Below, in pieces: positions 48,885-58,035 of a stretch of 62,951 bases of DNA. Numbering within the stretch: the first letter of the stretch is position 1; each line of letters starts with the position of its first letter. Where the stretch lies: IMG/VR virus record IMGVR_UViG_3300025816_000007. One strand, written 5' to 3'. The DNA comes from an uncultured virus (IMG/VR IMGVR_UViG_3300025816_000007). Its lineage: Duplodnaviria > Heunggongvirae > Uroviricota > Caudoviricetes. The notes under the pieces are model-generated. The model was not told the DNA's origin. It did no database searches and was given only the letters and a program-made list of their open reading frames with translations. The translations under genes and the position numbers were made by a program.

Positions 48885-49094
48885 TCAATTAAATCCCTCA
48901 ATAAATTTCTTTGCTTGTTTTTCATTCATATCTGACATTCCAAAGCAAAGCATCATCATTACATAATTGTTAGTTGATTCATGTTTTCCAAAATCAGAGG
49001 ACAAGCTAGCCATTGCTGCATTAACACCACTTCTTTCTAATTCTCCGAGTGCTCTTTCTTTACACCATTCAATATGTTCTGTTCTTTCATCCAT
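48885..49094 (-). CDS. Hypothetical protein (EHIEWCKERAL)
   Basis: ORF from motif ATG. Confidence 0.65.
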   Translation of the reverse strand: MDERTEHIEWCKERALGELERSGVNAAMASLSSDFGKHESTNNYVMMMLCFGMSDMNEKQAKKFIEGFN

Positions 49095-49103
49095 GTTCAA
49101 TAG

Positions 49104-50033
49104 TTAATCGAAACCTGCTTCATCAGGATTGATAAGTTTCCAGTATTCACCTTCATACCATTCGCCCATCTCAATCCGTTCTTCAAGTTCATTGATTTTC
49201 TCTTCATACTTTTTGGCTACTGCTTGAGTAGCTTCGTGTATCATAATACTAACCTCATACTTTTCGTCGGTTTCGACTTCTCCTTCTGGTAGCTTCATGA
49301 AAGCGAACCAATAAGTTCCCGTTCCATCTCTGCTAACACTTTTCTTAGTTCTAGTTCCAACCAAAGGCAATTGTGAAAAACACTCAAGCATATCTGTAAC
49401 AGGTATTGAAAGGTCGTTATACTTGAATAGTAAAACTCCGTAATCTTTCAACACCCTCATAATTTCCTTAAATGCAAGTGTCATGTCTTCTTTCCACTTA
49501 CTTCCAAGTTTTCCATACTTCTTGAGCATGATTCCACCTTTGGCTTCCTCTATGTGCGGAGGATCCCATACAATCGTGTGAAAGGTTTTGTTAGGATAGA
49601 ACATATCCCGATAATCGCCTATCACATCAGGCTTTACTGCCCAATTAGGTTGTAATTCAATCGCTCCTGGCTCTTCCTCTCGAATGTCCATGTAAAGACA
49701 GGCTGGGTGTTCCTTATCCCACCAGATAGACCTAGAACCACAGCAAATGTCTGCGATTACCTTTCCATCTAATTTGACTTGGATCCTCCAATATCCTTTT
49801 TCAAGCCCCGTCTTGTGAACTCTGCCCTTCCCTTTCAAAGTTTGAAGGGCATTTCTTACCTTGTGTTTCCATTCGGGTGTATCATTCCAACCTGTAGTAC
49901 AAACGCTGTCGTAATCTATTAGGCTGGAATAGTTCTCTTCCACATATCTGTAAATATCATCAATGTGATGAACTCCGTCTGGAACGCACTTCATATTAGT
50001 TTCCGTAAGTCTCCTCTGTAGAGTCGTTTCCAT
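49104..50033 (-). CDS. DNA methyltransferase with N-terminal Mrr_N-like winged helix
   Basis: WKHKVRNALQTLK..G..KGYW; DICCGSRSIW, VWDPPH, RVLKDYGVLLFK. Confidence 0.8.
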   Translation of the reverse strand: METTLQRRLTETNMKCVPDGVHHIDDIYRYVEENYSSLIDYDSVCTTGWNDTPEWKHKVRNALQTLKGKGRVHKTGLEKGYWRIQVKLDGKVIADICCGSRSIWWDKEHPACLYMDIREEEPGAIELQPNWAVKPDVIGDYRDMFYPNKTFHTIVWDPPHIEEAKGGIMLKKYGKLGSKWKEDMTLAFKEIMRVLKDYGVLLFKYNDLSIPVTDMLECFSQLPLVGTRTKKSVSRDGTGTYWFAFMKLPEGEVETDEKYEVSIMIHEATQAVAKKYEEKINELEERIEMGEWYEGEYWKLINPDEAGFD

Positions 50034-50035
50034 GT

Positions 50036-50269
50036 TCAATTTTTCAGTTTCCAAACGCATTGTCTATTACGAATACCGTTTGGTTTTGTATTATTTACAA
50101 AATCAACTTTTTCAATAGATGGGTGCCTAGAAAGGATGTTCGCCACTTGATTTGTTGTAGCGCCCCATTTCAAACTATCATTCACATAATCAATTATGCT
50201 AGAAGTAGTTCCTTTTCCGTTCTGCTTCAAATAATCCACCACTAAATCCTTCACTCTTTGATTTCCCAT
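50036..50269 (-). CDS. Small winged-helix protein
   Basis: TTSSIIDYVN..TTNQVANILSR...VW. Confidence 0.65.
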   Translation of the reverse strand: MGNQRVKDLVVDYLKQNGKGTTSSIIDYVNDSLKWGATTNQVANILSRHPSIEKVDFVNNTKPNGIRNRQCVWKLKN

Positions 50270-50653
50270 TTATTCACTTCCATAATTTATCGCAACAGCG
50301 ATTGCTTTGTATATCCCGTATTCAGGTTCCAAACAACTTAGGATGTAGTCCAATGGCTCTATAACCTTTCTACCATGTTTTTCAAAGATTTCATTTGCTT
50401 CATTATTGAGTTCTTTGATGTAAGTCCTAAAGTCTATATCAAAACTCGGACCAACTGATTGCTCAATAGTATCTCCTATTTTTATATCAATATGAATACT
50501 AATAGGGTGGTATTCATTTTGTCCACCTCTTCCCCTGTTAGATACTTCGAATTCAAAATCATGCATTGTATCTTTAATTTCCATAGTCCACGCAACACCA
50601 TTGCGAGTTTCTAATAAATCTAAATTTTTAGCTACTAAATCTGTCAATCCCAT
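50270..50653 (-). CDS. Hypothetical protein
   Basis: ORF from motif ATG. Confidence 0.65.
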   Translation of the reverse strand: MGLTDLVAKNLDLLETRNGVAWTMEIKDTMHDFEFEVSNRGRGGQNEYHPISIHIDIKIGDTIEQSVGPSFDIDFRTYIKELNNEANEIFEKHGRKVIEPLDYILSCLEPEYGIYKAIAVAINYGSE

Positions 50654-50655
50654 GT

Positions 50656-51042
50656 TCAATCTTCGGCTTCTTCTTCACAATCTCCACAGATTGATTCAAC
50701 GCCATTCCAATTTACAGTCTCTTCGGTGCAATCATCCATAGCGCACTCAACATCTTCGTATAGCGAATGTTCGCCATCTGGACATAATGCATCCATCTTT
50801 GCTAGTGCGTTACCGATTTCTACTCCTGGTGAATACATTCCACTTCCACCTATTATCATTGATGGAACGTGCCCACAATCTTTGAGTTCCTTAAGAACCG
50901 ATTCTCTGCATCCACCTTTGCGTAGGGTTTCGATAGCTTCTTCTTTACTGACAAATGGTTTTGATTGTCTTGATTGGTATTCAGATACCGTTTCAACAAT
51001 CCACCATTCTCTTTCGTCTACTTGTAATAAATCTCTTCCCAT
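50656..51042 (-). CDS. Hypothetical protein with C-terminal Cys cluster
   Basis: ORF motif to motif. Confidence 0.65.
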   Translation of the reverse strand: MGRDLLQVDEREWWIVETVSEYQSRQSKPFVSKEEAIETLRKGGCRESVLKELKDCGHVPSMIIGGSGMYSPGVEIGNALAKMDALCPDGEHSLYEDVECAMDDCTEETVNWNGVESICGDCEEEAED

Positions 51043-51173
51043 GTTCAATCTTTTCTAATCATTATGACCCTGTGTGCGGGGGGAAATTTCCATGCCCCTG
51101 CCCTCATAATCAATTCTTGCAATTCGTATGCTTTTGCCACTGATGGCGTTATCAATAATTCTTCCATGTTAAA

Positions 51174-51527
51174 TTATTCAATCAAAAGATCTATTTCTCT
51201 ACTTTTCTTTTGAACTTTCATCATCCAGGGTTGGATTTCCATTGTATTCAACCAATCTTGAGGAGTGGGTACAAACCCACAATCCTCCGTGATGTGTTGC
51301 TCAACAATCATTTTTACGGGTATATCTCGGCCATTGCTGTTTACTACAACATGTCCGAACTTATCAATAGCCCATTCGACTCCAGCCGAATGATGCCTCA
51401 TTGCCCTATGCCTCCAATCACCTGTGTATTGTTTTGTTTCATCTAGCCACTGATGGATATGTATGTAATCCATCGGGCTACCGCCCCATTTCTTAGCTGT
51501 TGATTCACTGTGTTTGTAAGGCGTCAT
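51174..51527 (-). CDS. DUF6915-like protein
   Basis: PYKHSES..KKWGG, IHQWLDETK, RHRAMRHH, EQHITEDCG. Confidence 0.75.
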   Translation of the reverse strand: MTPYKHSESTAKKWGGSPMDYIHIHQWLDETKQYTGDWRHRAMRHHSAGVEWAIDKFGHVVVNSNGRDIPVKMIVEQHITEDCGFVPTPQDWLNTMEIQPWMMKVQKKSREIDLLIE

Positions 51528-51987
51528 GATTCTCATCTTCGGATTCTTCAAGGCCAAATGTCGTTTTTTCACTTTCAACATATTCGTAACCCCAATCGTG
51601 GTAAGTTACCTTTCCAGTATCCAGATGATAAGCAACAGTGTCACCATAACTTTGACCTTCGCCAGCGCCATTGTAACCATATCTTTCCCAAGCCCAATCG
51701 TCAATTTCTTTCTCAAAATCTAACCACTTGCTAAGCATGGCCTCACCATTCAATGTATCCTTATCAGGCCTAAATCTGCCTTTTTCGCCCCACTCTTTTT
51801 CTTTAGATTCATCAAAGTACTTAACGCTCCAACAGTCTACCTCAATGTAGCCTTCGTCACTTCCGCCTTGAAATTCAATCTTTATCTTATCAATCCCCAA
51901 ATCCTTTGCAATGTTTACGAATCGCTTTGGAAATGGTGCTATTTGACCATATTTAATCTCATATCTCTTTTCTTCAACTTCTTCCAT
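51505..51987 (-). CDS. DUF6878-like protein
   Basis: IEFQGGSDEGYI. Confidence 0.6.
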   Translation of the reverse strand: MEEVEEKRYEIKYGQIAPFPKRFVNIAKDLGIDKIKIEFQGGSDEGYIEVDCWSVKYFDESKEKEWGEKGRFRPDKDTLNGEAMLSKWLDFEKEIDDWAWERYGYNGAGEGQSYGDTVAYHLDTGKVTYHDWGYEYVESEKTTFGLEESEDENHDALQTQ

Positions 51988-51996
51988 GTTAAATTT

Positions 51997-52416
51997 TCAT
52001 TCTTTCACAATCGGATTTTGTAATCTATGCCCGAAATCCGAGCTACAATCTTCATGTATCTGAATACTTTTTGCCATCTTAATGTGATCGCTACTGTTGT
52101 CTAGTGTCACAACTCTAGCATTCTTCCTGATTGCTTCGTCGCAATGTAAACATTTGATTCCACCTGCTGATTTGTTCTTTTTGATTCTTGAACACATCAT
52201 TTGCGGGTGGTCTGTTTGTAATGCTTCCCCAAGTGAATATAGACAACCTGCATGAACCCAAAGGTTCACCTTCTTCCCTTTTACTTCTTGAGTAAGCATA
52301 GCTTCATGAAATCCTTTATCCATTAGTTCACCACACCAAACACAAGCTTGATTCTTAGTTTGGCATTTTTTCCATTCAATCTTTACATTTCCCAATATCG
52401 GGTGTTTTGCAAACAT
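51997..52416 (-). CDS. Tandem CxxC...HxxC Zn-finger protein
   Basis: CVWC..HAGC and CLHC..HEDC. Confidence 0.65.
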   Translation of the reverse strand: MFAKHPILGNVKIEWKKCQTKNQACVWCGELMDKGFHEAMLTQEVKGKKVNLWVHAGCLYSLGEALQTDHPQMMCSRIKKNKSAGGIKCLHCDEAIRKNARVVTLDNSSDHIKMAKSIQIHEDCSSDFGHRLQNPIVKE

Positions 52417-52423
52417 GTTAAAT

Positions 52424-53467
52424 TCACTCTAGTTTCTCTAGTAGTGTAAATAGTTTCACCACATCACCTGGTTTCATTGAGAATAACAAACCGATTCCCG
52501 TAAAGAACTCTGCTTTCGTAGAGACCTTGCCGGATTTAATCAGACTTGTCATCTTATCAAACAGGATTTGCCCTGTCGTTTCTTCCTTGATGCGTTTCAA
52601 CATATCAATATCATCGTCCCAAAATTCTGCAAGTAAACTCCACATTCGCACTTGTTCAACAAATGTTTCCGTTTTGCCCTTTTCATCTATTTGAGTCAAA
52701 CTGTGGTTTTCTTCAACTTCCACAGTTACCTCACCCATATTCTCTTGAGGGTCATGTGTAGGGTCATCGTGCATGTGTTCGTGCATACAGTCCTCATCGC
52801 AACCATCGTCGACGTGATTATCTTCTATTTTTTCATTTTCGCCATCAAATTGTAAGTATTCGTCCATATCACCAATCTCGTAATGGTTTTCTGTTTCTTC
52901 TTCTTTGATTGCTATTTCTTCTTCAATCTTTTCAATGAGTTGTTTTTTGTTACCAGTCTTAGATAATCCAAGTTCTTCTGCCATCTCCTTCAATTGGGAT
53001 TTGGTTTTATCATTCAAATCTTCAACTTCATCGACTATATTTTCTTCAACCGTAGTCAATGCTGATTCAACTAGTATATCCTCTTGAGTTATTTCAACAT
53101 CTTTCAATTCATGTTGTTCTAACAATTCAAATTCCAAATAAGGTTTCAATTGTTCCATCAATTCATTGATTTCATCTGTTTTGTAATCCTTTTCTATCAA
53201 CCATTCTTCAAGGGATTCAAAGGAATTCAACTCTGCTTTTTCGCAAATATGTTTCACCAAATCCTGTTTAGACTTGTTGATTACCTCTTCTTTGCTGTTA
53301 GCATATAGTTTTCCTTCTGAACCCATTTCTCGTATCATTGTGACAAAATCAAAATTCGTTGCATTCGGGCTGTCCGAAAGTTTCTCAACATTCAGAAAAA
53401 TGTCCCCAATCCAGTCCAATGATTCCGCAATACCTCCAAATAATTCATCTGTGCTTACGCCACTCAT
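52424..53467 (-). CDS. Acidic protein with SAP DNA-binding domain
   Basis: TKSQLKEMAEELGLSKTGNKKQLIEKI. Confidence 0.75.
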   Translation of the reverse strand: MSGVSTDELFGGIAESLDWIGDIFLNVEKLSDSPNATNFDFVTMIREMGSEGKLYANSKEEVINKSKQDLVKHICEKAELNSFESLEEWLIEKDYKTDEINELMEQLKPYLEFELLEQHELKDVEITQEDILVESALTTVEENIVDEVEDLNDKTKSQLKEMAEELGLSKTGNKKQLIEKIEEEIAIKEEETENHYEIGDMDEYLQFDGENEKIEDNHVDDGCDEDCMHEHMHDDPTHDPQENMGEVTVEVEENHSLTQIDEKGKTETFVEQVRMWSLLAEFWDDDIDMLKRIKEETTGQILFDKMTSLIKSGKVSTKAEFFTGIGLLFSMKPGDVVKLFTLLEKLE

Positions 53468-53475
53468 GTTAAATT

Positions 53476-54510
53476 TCAAATGACAGAACACATTAGTTTC
53501 CATCGCTTAGGATTCGCTTGAGCTAGTTTCAAGGCCTTGTAAAGTGTCCTCATACTTCGCTCTTCACCTTCGTAATCGTCCGAACAAATCCAATCAACAA
53601 CTTCCTTTTTCAGTGTTGGATATGGATAATTCGGCCTATTCATTTGCGGCTCCATATTTTGTGCTACCGTCTTCATTCGCTCTATCATTTCTGCATCTGT
53701 GATTTCTATTTCAAAGAATATCGATCTGTCACGCATTGGCTTGTCAATCTTTTTGGTAGGCTCATTCGTCAAAACGATAACGCCACCTTCGTATGTGACT
53801 GACGCAGGTAACTTCCCCCCCTTTTCATTGGGGTCCATTGAAGTCCTGTCAGTATGCCACGTAACAATTCTTTCTTCGTAAGTGTCCATCAATGCTTTCA
53901 TCATGTCAACCATCTTTTGCCCCTTGATAGGAACATCGTCAAAGACGATAACTGGAACAGTTTTCTTCTTCTTTCCTTTTGACTTAGCATCTTTCTCCTT
54001 AGCTTGTCTTTTCCATTCTTTTACTTTTTCTGCCCACATGCAAACGATTCTGTAAACTCCGTATTCCGAAACACCTGCTTTGATGATAATGAAATCTTCA
54101 TTTTCCACCATACCCATTTTCTTGAATAACTCTTTCAGAGTGTGTGTTTTACCGATACCTGGTCCTGAACGAACCATAACTGCCGGCAAGGTTCCAAGTG
54201 CTACTGCTCTGAAACCATTAGCCATAGTTGCCAAACGGTCATTAACCGATAGGCGGTTCATTCTATCTATTCTCGATACAATTTTCCTCTTAGGTGCCAC
54301 TGATTCTTTTTTTGCGTAGACTTGTTCTCTTTGCTTCGCACTTACTTGCCCTTCCGTTGCATTAGTTCTGCTACGGGGGACTATCAGTTCTTCTCCTGTC
54401 TCAAGTTGGATTACATCTGCTTCTTCCATTTCTGGAGTTTCTTTCTCGCTTACTGGACTTTCTGCATTTTTTATTACATCTGTAACAAATTTTCGCTCTC
54501 TTTTCCACAT
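53476..54510 (-). CDS. AAA+ ATPase (phage-type)
   Basis: Walker A SGPGIGKT, Walker B IVFDD, VLTN, MRDRS. Confidence 0.8.
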   Translation of the reverse strand: MWKRERKFVTDVIKNAESPVSEKETPEMEEADVIQLETGEELIVPRSRTNATEGQVSAKQREQVYAKKESVAPKRKIVSRIDRMNRLSVNDRLATMANGFRAVALGTLPAVMVRSGPGIGKTHTLKELFKKMGMVENEDFIIIKAGVSEYGVYRIVCMWAEKVKEWKRQAKEKDAKSKGKKKKTVPVIVFDDVPIKGQKMVDMMKALMDTYEERIVTWHTDRTSMDPNEKGGKLPASVTYEGGVIVLTNEPTKKIDKPMRDRSIFFEIEITDAEMIERMKTVAQNMEPQMNRPNYPYPTLKKEVVDWICSDDYEGEERSMRTLYKALKLAQANPKRWKLMCSVI

Positions 54511-54517
54511 GTTTAAT

Positions 54518-54892
54518 TCAATCCTGAGCAAAACCGCACAGGCAATGGGCAAAATCGCACCAGTCGCAATATGTTATGCGTTGTATGCCGTGGTCTTGCC
54601 ATGCTTTCATCAGTTCTGGAAACTTATTCACGTGAATAGGTTGCCCGTTTTTTGTTGTGTAATTCCAAGCATGCCCTAGTTCCCAAGCGTCACAACACAA
54701 TCTATTGTCGTGAGCAATGTGCAAATACACATTTCCATTGTTGTCTTCATGAAAATGCAAATCGTATCCACCATATTCGTTAGTTGCCAATACAAAATCT
54801 TTCAGCGTTCCGAATTTGGTTTTCAAATAATAAATCGTTTGCATTATTCCTCTTTCTTTTGGTGAATTCATTAATTCTCTAAAATATTCCAT
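54518..54892 (-). CDS. Hypothetical protein
   Basis: ORF from motif ATG. Confidence 0.65.
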   Translation of the reverse strand: MEYFRELMNSPKERGIMQTIYYLKTKFGTLKDFVLATNEYGGYDLHFHEDNNGNVYLHIAHDNRLCCDAWELGHAWNYTTKNGQPIHVNKFPELMKAWQDHGIQRITYCDWCDFAHCLCGFAQD

Positions 54893-54894
54893 GT

Positions 54895-55179
54895 TCAATC
54901 TAATTTTTTATCCAACTCTAAGTCAAATATTCCATCAAGTATAGGCAGTAAAACTCCTTCATAATAATCAATCTTATGTTTTTCAGATAACATTCTGCTT
55001 TTGTCTGCGAAATGCCTTAACGCCATTGATGGTGAACTCCAACTCTTTTTTGAAATTACAAATCCACTCTCTAGCGTCAAAACACTCCATTCATCCATCC
55101 CATGCTTTGCATGCCTCTCCCGAAATAACACAATATCCATTTTTTCAAATCTTCCTTGAAAAATTATACTATCATCCAT
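54895..55179 (-). CDS. Hypothetical protein
   Basis: ORF motif to motif. Confidence 0.65.
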   Translation of the reverse strand: MDDSIIFQGRFEKMDIVLFRERHAKHGMDEWSVLTLESGFVISKKSWSSPSMALRHFADKSRMLSEKHKIDYYEGVLLPILDGIFDLELDKKLD

Positions 55180-55181
55180 GT

Positions 55182-55679
55182 TCAATCTGTTAAGTCTTCG
55201 TATTCAATGCCCCATTCTTCAAGAACATCTGCTTCTGCATCGTCCCACCAATCACATGCTACTTTTTGAGCAAACCTGTCCATCTCTGGAAGCCAATGTG
55301 TGTAAACAATGGCTTTGGGCACGCTCTTTGAATGCCCTTCAATTTCACCTACCAAAAAGAATAAACTATCATCATCCGGTATTAACGCTTTTTGTGATGG
55401 TTTCAATGACTTGAATGCTGCATCGCCTATCAAATCTTCCTTGATTCCAAATGTGTATCCTAGAAATTTTACAATTGTGTTTGGTTTAGCGATTCTCTGT
55501 CTGCTGTTTCCTTCCCCCCACCAATTTTTAGTGTCGCACCAACCAATAGCACCAAACAAGCGATCCACGCCATTGTCGGTCCCTTCTTTACTTTCATTTT
55601 CTAAATACCAATTAAAGTGTGCCGCTATTTTTTTATCGACAGCATCTGCTAAATCTCCTTTACTCCATTTTTCTTCCAT
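55182..55679 (-). CDS. Hypothetical protein
   Basis: ORF motif to motif. Confidence 0.7.
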   Translation of the reverse strand: MEEKWSKGDLADAVDKKIAAHFNWYLENESKEGTDNGVDRLFGAIGWCDTKNWWGEGNSRQRIAKPNTIVKFLGYTFGIKEDLIGDAAFKSLKPSQKALIPDDDSLFFLVGEIEGHSKSVPKAIVYTHWLPEMDRFAQKVACDWWDDAEADVLEEWGIEYEDLTD

Positions 55680-55692
55680 GTTTAATTGTTAA

Positions 55693-55839
55693 TTAGATAG
55701 ACCCATCAATTCTTTCTAATAATTGAATAATTCTATCCAATTTACTTTCTTCTATCGCTTTGATTTTTGTCAATGTCCTATTCGCTTTCTGCAATTCTAA
55801 TACAATTTTATGTGTATCCATCTTTTCTCTTATTGCCAT
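55693..55839 (-). CDS. Small coiled-coil protein, 48 aa
   Basis: Hand-translated from motif ATG. Confidence 0.5.
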   Translation of the reverse strand: MAIREKMDTHKIVLELQKANRTLTKIKAIEESKLDRIIQLLERIDGSI

Positions 55840-55841
55840 GT

Positions 55842-56126
55842 TTAATCTTCTATCCAAAATGTTCTAGTTTGGTAATGCTTTCCTTTTCTCTTTCCTTCTT
55901 TGGCCTTAGTCTTAGACCTTAGAATTATCAGAACTCTTGTTCGCATCACTGTCTTTTTCCCTTTCTTGATTGGTATTGATGTAGTATCAATTGATTCTAC
56001 TATCCAAGTTTTTATCTTATCCATCAAGGGACTTTTTTGCACTAGTTTCTTGCTCAACAATATCTTGGTTTTGACTTCATCTCCAACTGAAATGTTTTTG
56101 ATTGGTCTTCTGTCAATCATTACCAT
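55842..56126 (-). CDS. Basic hypothetical protein
   Basis: ORF ending in motif. Confidence 0.65.
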   Translation of the reverse strand: MVMIDRRPIKNISVGDEVKTKILLSKKLVQKSPLMDKIKTWIVESIDTTSIPIKKGKKTVMRTRVLIILRSKTKAKEGKRKGKHYQTRTFWIED

Positions 56127-56538
56127 TCCACCTGCCTTGAAGTATTACTTGCTCGAAGGTAATCTTACCATCTTTACGCGTTTTATCCCGTTGTCTTCCA
56201 AATTTAGAAACGATTTCATTCATCTTCAAAACCTTGCCCTCATCTGGAATTACTTGCCATTCTTCACCGACCTTTTCTGTAGCCCATGCTTCAAGCGGGA
56301 ATTGTCCGTCTTCGAGTGCTTCAAGTGTTTCAGATTGCAATGATTCAATTCCAAGTTCTTTGAGGAAGCCGTCTATGAGTATATTCAACCCATCTATAGT
56401 ATTGATTAAAGATTCATTTGTCGAATCTACATCCACCACTTCTCTCAATTTCCTATCAACCATTTCTTGCTGAACTTTTTCTCTTTCTTTTCTTAGTTCT
56501 TGTACTCTTTTGTTAACATCTTTTATTCTGTTACCCAT
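56113..56538 (-). CDS. Hypothetical protein
   Basis: ORF from motif ATG. Confidence 0.65.
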   Translation of the reverse strand: MGNRIKDVNKRVQELRKEREKVQQEMVDRKLREVVDVDSTNESLINTIDGLNILIDGFLKELGIESLQSETLEALEDGQFPLEAWATEKVGEEWQVIPDEGKVLKMNEIVSKFGRQRDKTRKDGKITFEQVILQGRWNGND

Positions 56539-56686
56539 GTTCAATTACTGATTACTCCATTATCCTGTTACAACCTTTACAGCTAGTTGGGTGACACCCA
56601 ACGTGGCGCGGCATAGGATTGTCGCATTTACAAATTTCCTCTGGAAAGTATTCATCATCTTCTAAATTATCTTTCATGTTTAATCA

Positions 56687-56902
56687 TCACCTAAACCGAC
56701 TTAGCGGGGGCATTCGCCCCATAGCCATGCACTTTAGCAGTTCAACATCTTCTATTTCAGTGATTTGCACCAATTCAAGTTTCTTGATTGCTTTTTTAGT
56801 TGCTAACCACATATGAATTGTATTTGCATCATCTCGGTTGTTCATATAGTGACATACTCTTTTTTTGTTTTTTACATATGTTATTACATATCTTTTAGCC
56901 AT
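56687..56902 (-). CDS. Hypothetical protein
   Basis: ORF. Confidence 0.55.
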   Translation of the reverse strand: MAKRYVITYVKNKKRVCHYMNNRDDANTIHMWLATKKAIKKLELVQITEIEDVELLKCMAMGRMPPLSRFR

Positions 56903-57488
56903 TGACAATCACCGTGTCAGGAAGGTCAGCTACTGTGATGCTTGAATCTACTACAACCCAAACATTAGCTGTTCCACCTCGGCTTGTTGGCCTTCTTTCT
57001 CCCGACTTGCCTACGACACCTGCTTTGTCTAGCAGGCCTCTAGGGTATCGAATTGAGTTTTTCTTTGCTTCTTTTCCAAGATTCAAACGCTTTTCAATAA
57101 CAGACTGTATTTCGTCATCTGTCAAACCGTCTTCATGATCGAGTAGTGCCTGGTAAATGTCCCTTGACATCTGCCCAATCGCTGCTGTGCTTGGTAGTTC
57201 TTTTTCTCCATCTCCGTATAGTTCCAAACGATTAAACAATACTTTCAATCTATTATTGATTATCTCGTCATCTTCTGCACCTAGCAGAATATCTAACATA
57301 GTCTGCATCATGCTTCGGTTTCCAATTCCAATTTTCCCATCAGGGAATAATTGTCTCATTAGATCGAATTCTTGTTTACTCAAATTCAGTATCAAGTGAT
57401 GCTCATTTACAATATGTCCATCTCTAAGGTTCACGTCGTTTTGAATAAAGTCAACTTCTCCGCCTTTCAAATCACTCATTTTTCTCAT
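56895..57488 (-). CDS. Winged-helix DNA-binding protein
   Basis: GLTDDEI...SIRYPRGLL..G.V..SGERRPTSRG..ANVW. Confidence 0.7.
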   Translation of the reverse strand: MRKMSDLKGGEVDFIQNDVNLRDGHIVNEHHLILNLSKQEFDLMRQLFPDGKIGIGNRSMMQTMLDILLGAEDDEIINNRLKVLFNRLELYGDGEKELPSTAAIGQMSRDIYQALLDHEDGLTDDEIQSVIEKRLNLGKEAKKNSIRYPRGLLDKAGVVGKSGERRPTSRGGTANVWVVVDSSITVADLPDTVIVNG

Positions 57489-57512
57489 GTTAAATCCCTT
57501 ACTTCACTAAGG

Positions 57513-57580
57513 CCAAAAAAAAAGCGACCCTGCTCGGTTCTTTCTTCTGCCGAGTAGAGTCGTTAATTGTTGTGTTTAAT
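57513..57580 (-). terminator. Hairpin plus T9GG terminator-like unit headed by motif variant ATTAAACACA
   Basis: CGAC..CTGCTCGG / CCGAGTAG..GTCG stem; A9 on +. Confidence 0.7.
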
Positions 57581-57589
57581 TTGATTACC

Positions 57590-57907
57590 TCATTGTGAGG
57601 CGTCGTTAGCGAAATTTCTGACCCTCCTCACAAGGTCATTTGCGGCAAGTGACTCATCTGATAAGTCATCTTTTATTATCCGCAAAGCCTCTGTAAGTTT
57701 GGCCTCTCTAGCATCCCAATCTCCAGTTCCATTCTTCCAAAAATAGAATTCTTTCACTTGCCAAAGTTCGATACTGCCTATTTTGCCCACCAAGTAGCGG
57801 CGCTTATGCCAGTATTCTTCAGGCGCTAGATGCTTAAAGTTGTCTTCTGGAATAAATTCTTTCCCATCTATAACTATCACTGCTTCCTTTTCGTTCACTT
57901 TTTCCAT
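57590..57907 (-). CDS. Hypothetical protein
   Basis: ORF from motif ATG. Confidence 0.65.
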   Translation of the reverse strand: MEKVNEKEAVIVIDGKEFIPEDNFKHLAPEEYWHKRRYLVGKIGSIELWQVKEFYFWKNGTGDWDAREAKLTEALRIIKDDLSDESLAANDLVRRVRNFANDASQ

Positions 57908-57926
57908 GTTAAATTTTTTAATAAGG

Positions 57927-57958
57927 GCCCTTAACGCCCCCTAGGGGGCGAGAAGGGC
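57927..57958. other. GC-rich hairpin GCCCTT..CGCCCCC-TA-GGGGGCG..AAGGGC
   Basis: Near-perfect inverted repeat in intergenic gap. Confidence 0.7.
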
Positions 57959-58035
57959 ATTTATGCTGTTGCTGTTATTTTTCCTTCCTCGTCACAGCAT
58001 ATTAATTCATAATTCACCATTTGGCCGTAAATCCT

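Noticed and set aside
18611..56126. TGA recoding / polyprotein read-through
   Set aside because: The next ATG is 2 nt after the stop (different frame), TAA is used interchangeably, and PCNA ends at its normal C-terminus.
18234..56544. Conserved 'MNM' N-terminal peptide
   Set aside because: ORF-caller artefact: TTG-AAC-ATG inside the motif read from the TTG.
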